A stretch of DNA of 64,000 nucleotides from Zootoca vivipara (Eukaryota), in NCBI RefSeq assembly GCF_963506605.1, contig NC_083288.1, positions 37,696,001-37,760,000 on the forward strand, given 5' to 3'. The position numbers and the translations under genes were made by a program. Each line of letters begins with the position of its first letter. The stretch's first letter is position 1. The notes below the pieces were generated by a model, which was given only the letters and a program-made list of their open reading frames with translations, ran no database searches and was not told where the DNA came from. Positions 62,678 to 64,000 of this stretch are shown here, in pieces.

Positions 62678-63285
62678 AGTGAGAGATTTTACTTTCTTGG
62701 GTTCCATGATCACTGCAAACGGTTACAGCAGTCATGAAATTAAAAGACGCCTGCTTCTTGGGAGAAAAGCAATGACAAACCTAGAAAGCATCTTAAAAAG
62801 CAGAGACATCACCTTGCCGACAAAGGTCCATATAGTTAAAGCTATGGTTTTCCCAGTAGTGATGTATGGAAGTGAGAGCTGGACCATAAAGAAGGCTGAT
62901 CGCTGAAGAATTGATGCTTTTGAATTATGGTGCTGGAGGAGACTCTTGGGAGTCCCATGGACTGCAAGAAGATCAAACCTATCCATCCTTAAGGAAATCA
63001 GCCCTGAGTGCTCACTGGAAGGACAGATCCTGAAGCTGAAGCTCCAATACTTTGGCCACCTCATGAGAAGAGAAGACTCCCTGGAAAAGACCCTGATGCT
63101 GGGAAAGATTGAGGGCACTAGGAGAAGGGGACGACAGAGGATGAGATGGTTGGACAGTGTTCTCAAAGCTACGAACATGAGTTTGACCAAACTACGGGAG
63201 GCAATGGAAGACAGGGGTGCCTGGCATGCTATTGTCCATGGGGCCACAAAGAGTTGGACACGACTAAATGACTAAACAACAACAA
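62678..63285 (+). mobile_element. BovB LINE 3' fragment
   Basis: RTE ORF C-terminus with an internal stop, (CAA)n tail, and TSD caacatggaacttctgc. Confidence 0.93.
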
Positions 63286-63607
63286 CAACATGGAACTTCT
63301 GCGTGTCTGATTAGGCTTGCCTAAACCAAAATGTTTTAAGGCTAGGGCTGCCATATGCCTGGATTTTCCCAGACATTAACAGGATTTCAAAGAAGGAATT
63401 GGACGTCGGGGGGGGGGAATTTCTGAAAGGCGGCACTTTGTCCTGGATCTTAGGCAAGTCAAGTTTTTGTAAACAACTTTTAGGGTGTCCTGGTTTTTAA
63501 AATATTTAAGCAGGCACTGGAAAGAGCGGAACGAGCATTATGCAGCATGTGTAACAATGCCAGTTGTACAGGTTGAAGCAATTGAGTGGGCATATATGGG
63601 GTTAGGG

Positions 63608-63743
63608 CAGGCATCCCCAAACTTCGGCCCTCCAGATGTTTTGGACTACAATACCCATCACCCCTGACCACTGGTCCTGTTAGCTAGGGATCATGGGAGT
63701 TGTAGGCCAAAACATCTGGAGGGCCACAGTTTGGGGATGCCTG
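63608..63743. mobile_element. 136-bp hAT MITE
   Basis: TSD ggttaggg. Confidence 0.9.
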
Positions 63744-64000
63744 GGTTAGGGGGTCCTGCAACTAAACTGGTCCCAAGCTGTTAAGGGCTTTGTATACAAC
63801 CAGTGCAAATCTCTGAGCAGAGGCGTTCTATGCAGGCATATGCAATCTCACTACCTGCCAGCAATGGTGCTACACCGAAGAAAAGGACACCAAGAACTCT
63901 GACCAGAAATTTCAATGTTAGGAATAAATCCTGCTCGCGAGTTACAGTCAAATAAGGTATGTATTCTGGTAAGACTAGCAGTCTTGAACAGAACAAATGA

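Overview
This is vertebrate genomic DNA from a squamate, most likely a lacertid lizard, judged from Sauria/Squam1 SINEs, a Squam3-like SINE and BovB, CR1 and Penelope fragments. The left half holds a replication-dependent histone cluster: H4(+), H1(+), H3.2(-), H4(-), H3.2(+), H1(-). All six genes have 3' stem-loops and U7 downstream elements, and no H2A or H2B is present in the window. The H1 and H3 genes form a palindromic array whose two H1 arms are nearly identical over about 1.76 kb. To the right lie a two-coding-exon C19orf85-like gene (- strand) and an intact urotensin-2-receptor-family GPCR (+ strand). The rest is densely nested transposons. The most notable non-genic signals are: minimal hammerhead ribozyme cores inside Penelope-like inserts; five copies of a young 90-bp hAT-type MITE with 8-bp TSDs; a 312-bp BovB derivative made of the 5' and 3' ends only; a Myotis-hAT1-like element; and a non-autonomous Helitron. 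Family names come from recalled sequence signatures, not database searches. I see no clearly new biological system; the best leads are variants of known systems.
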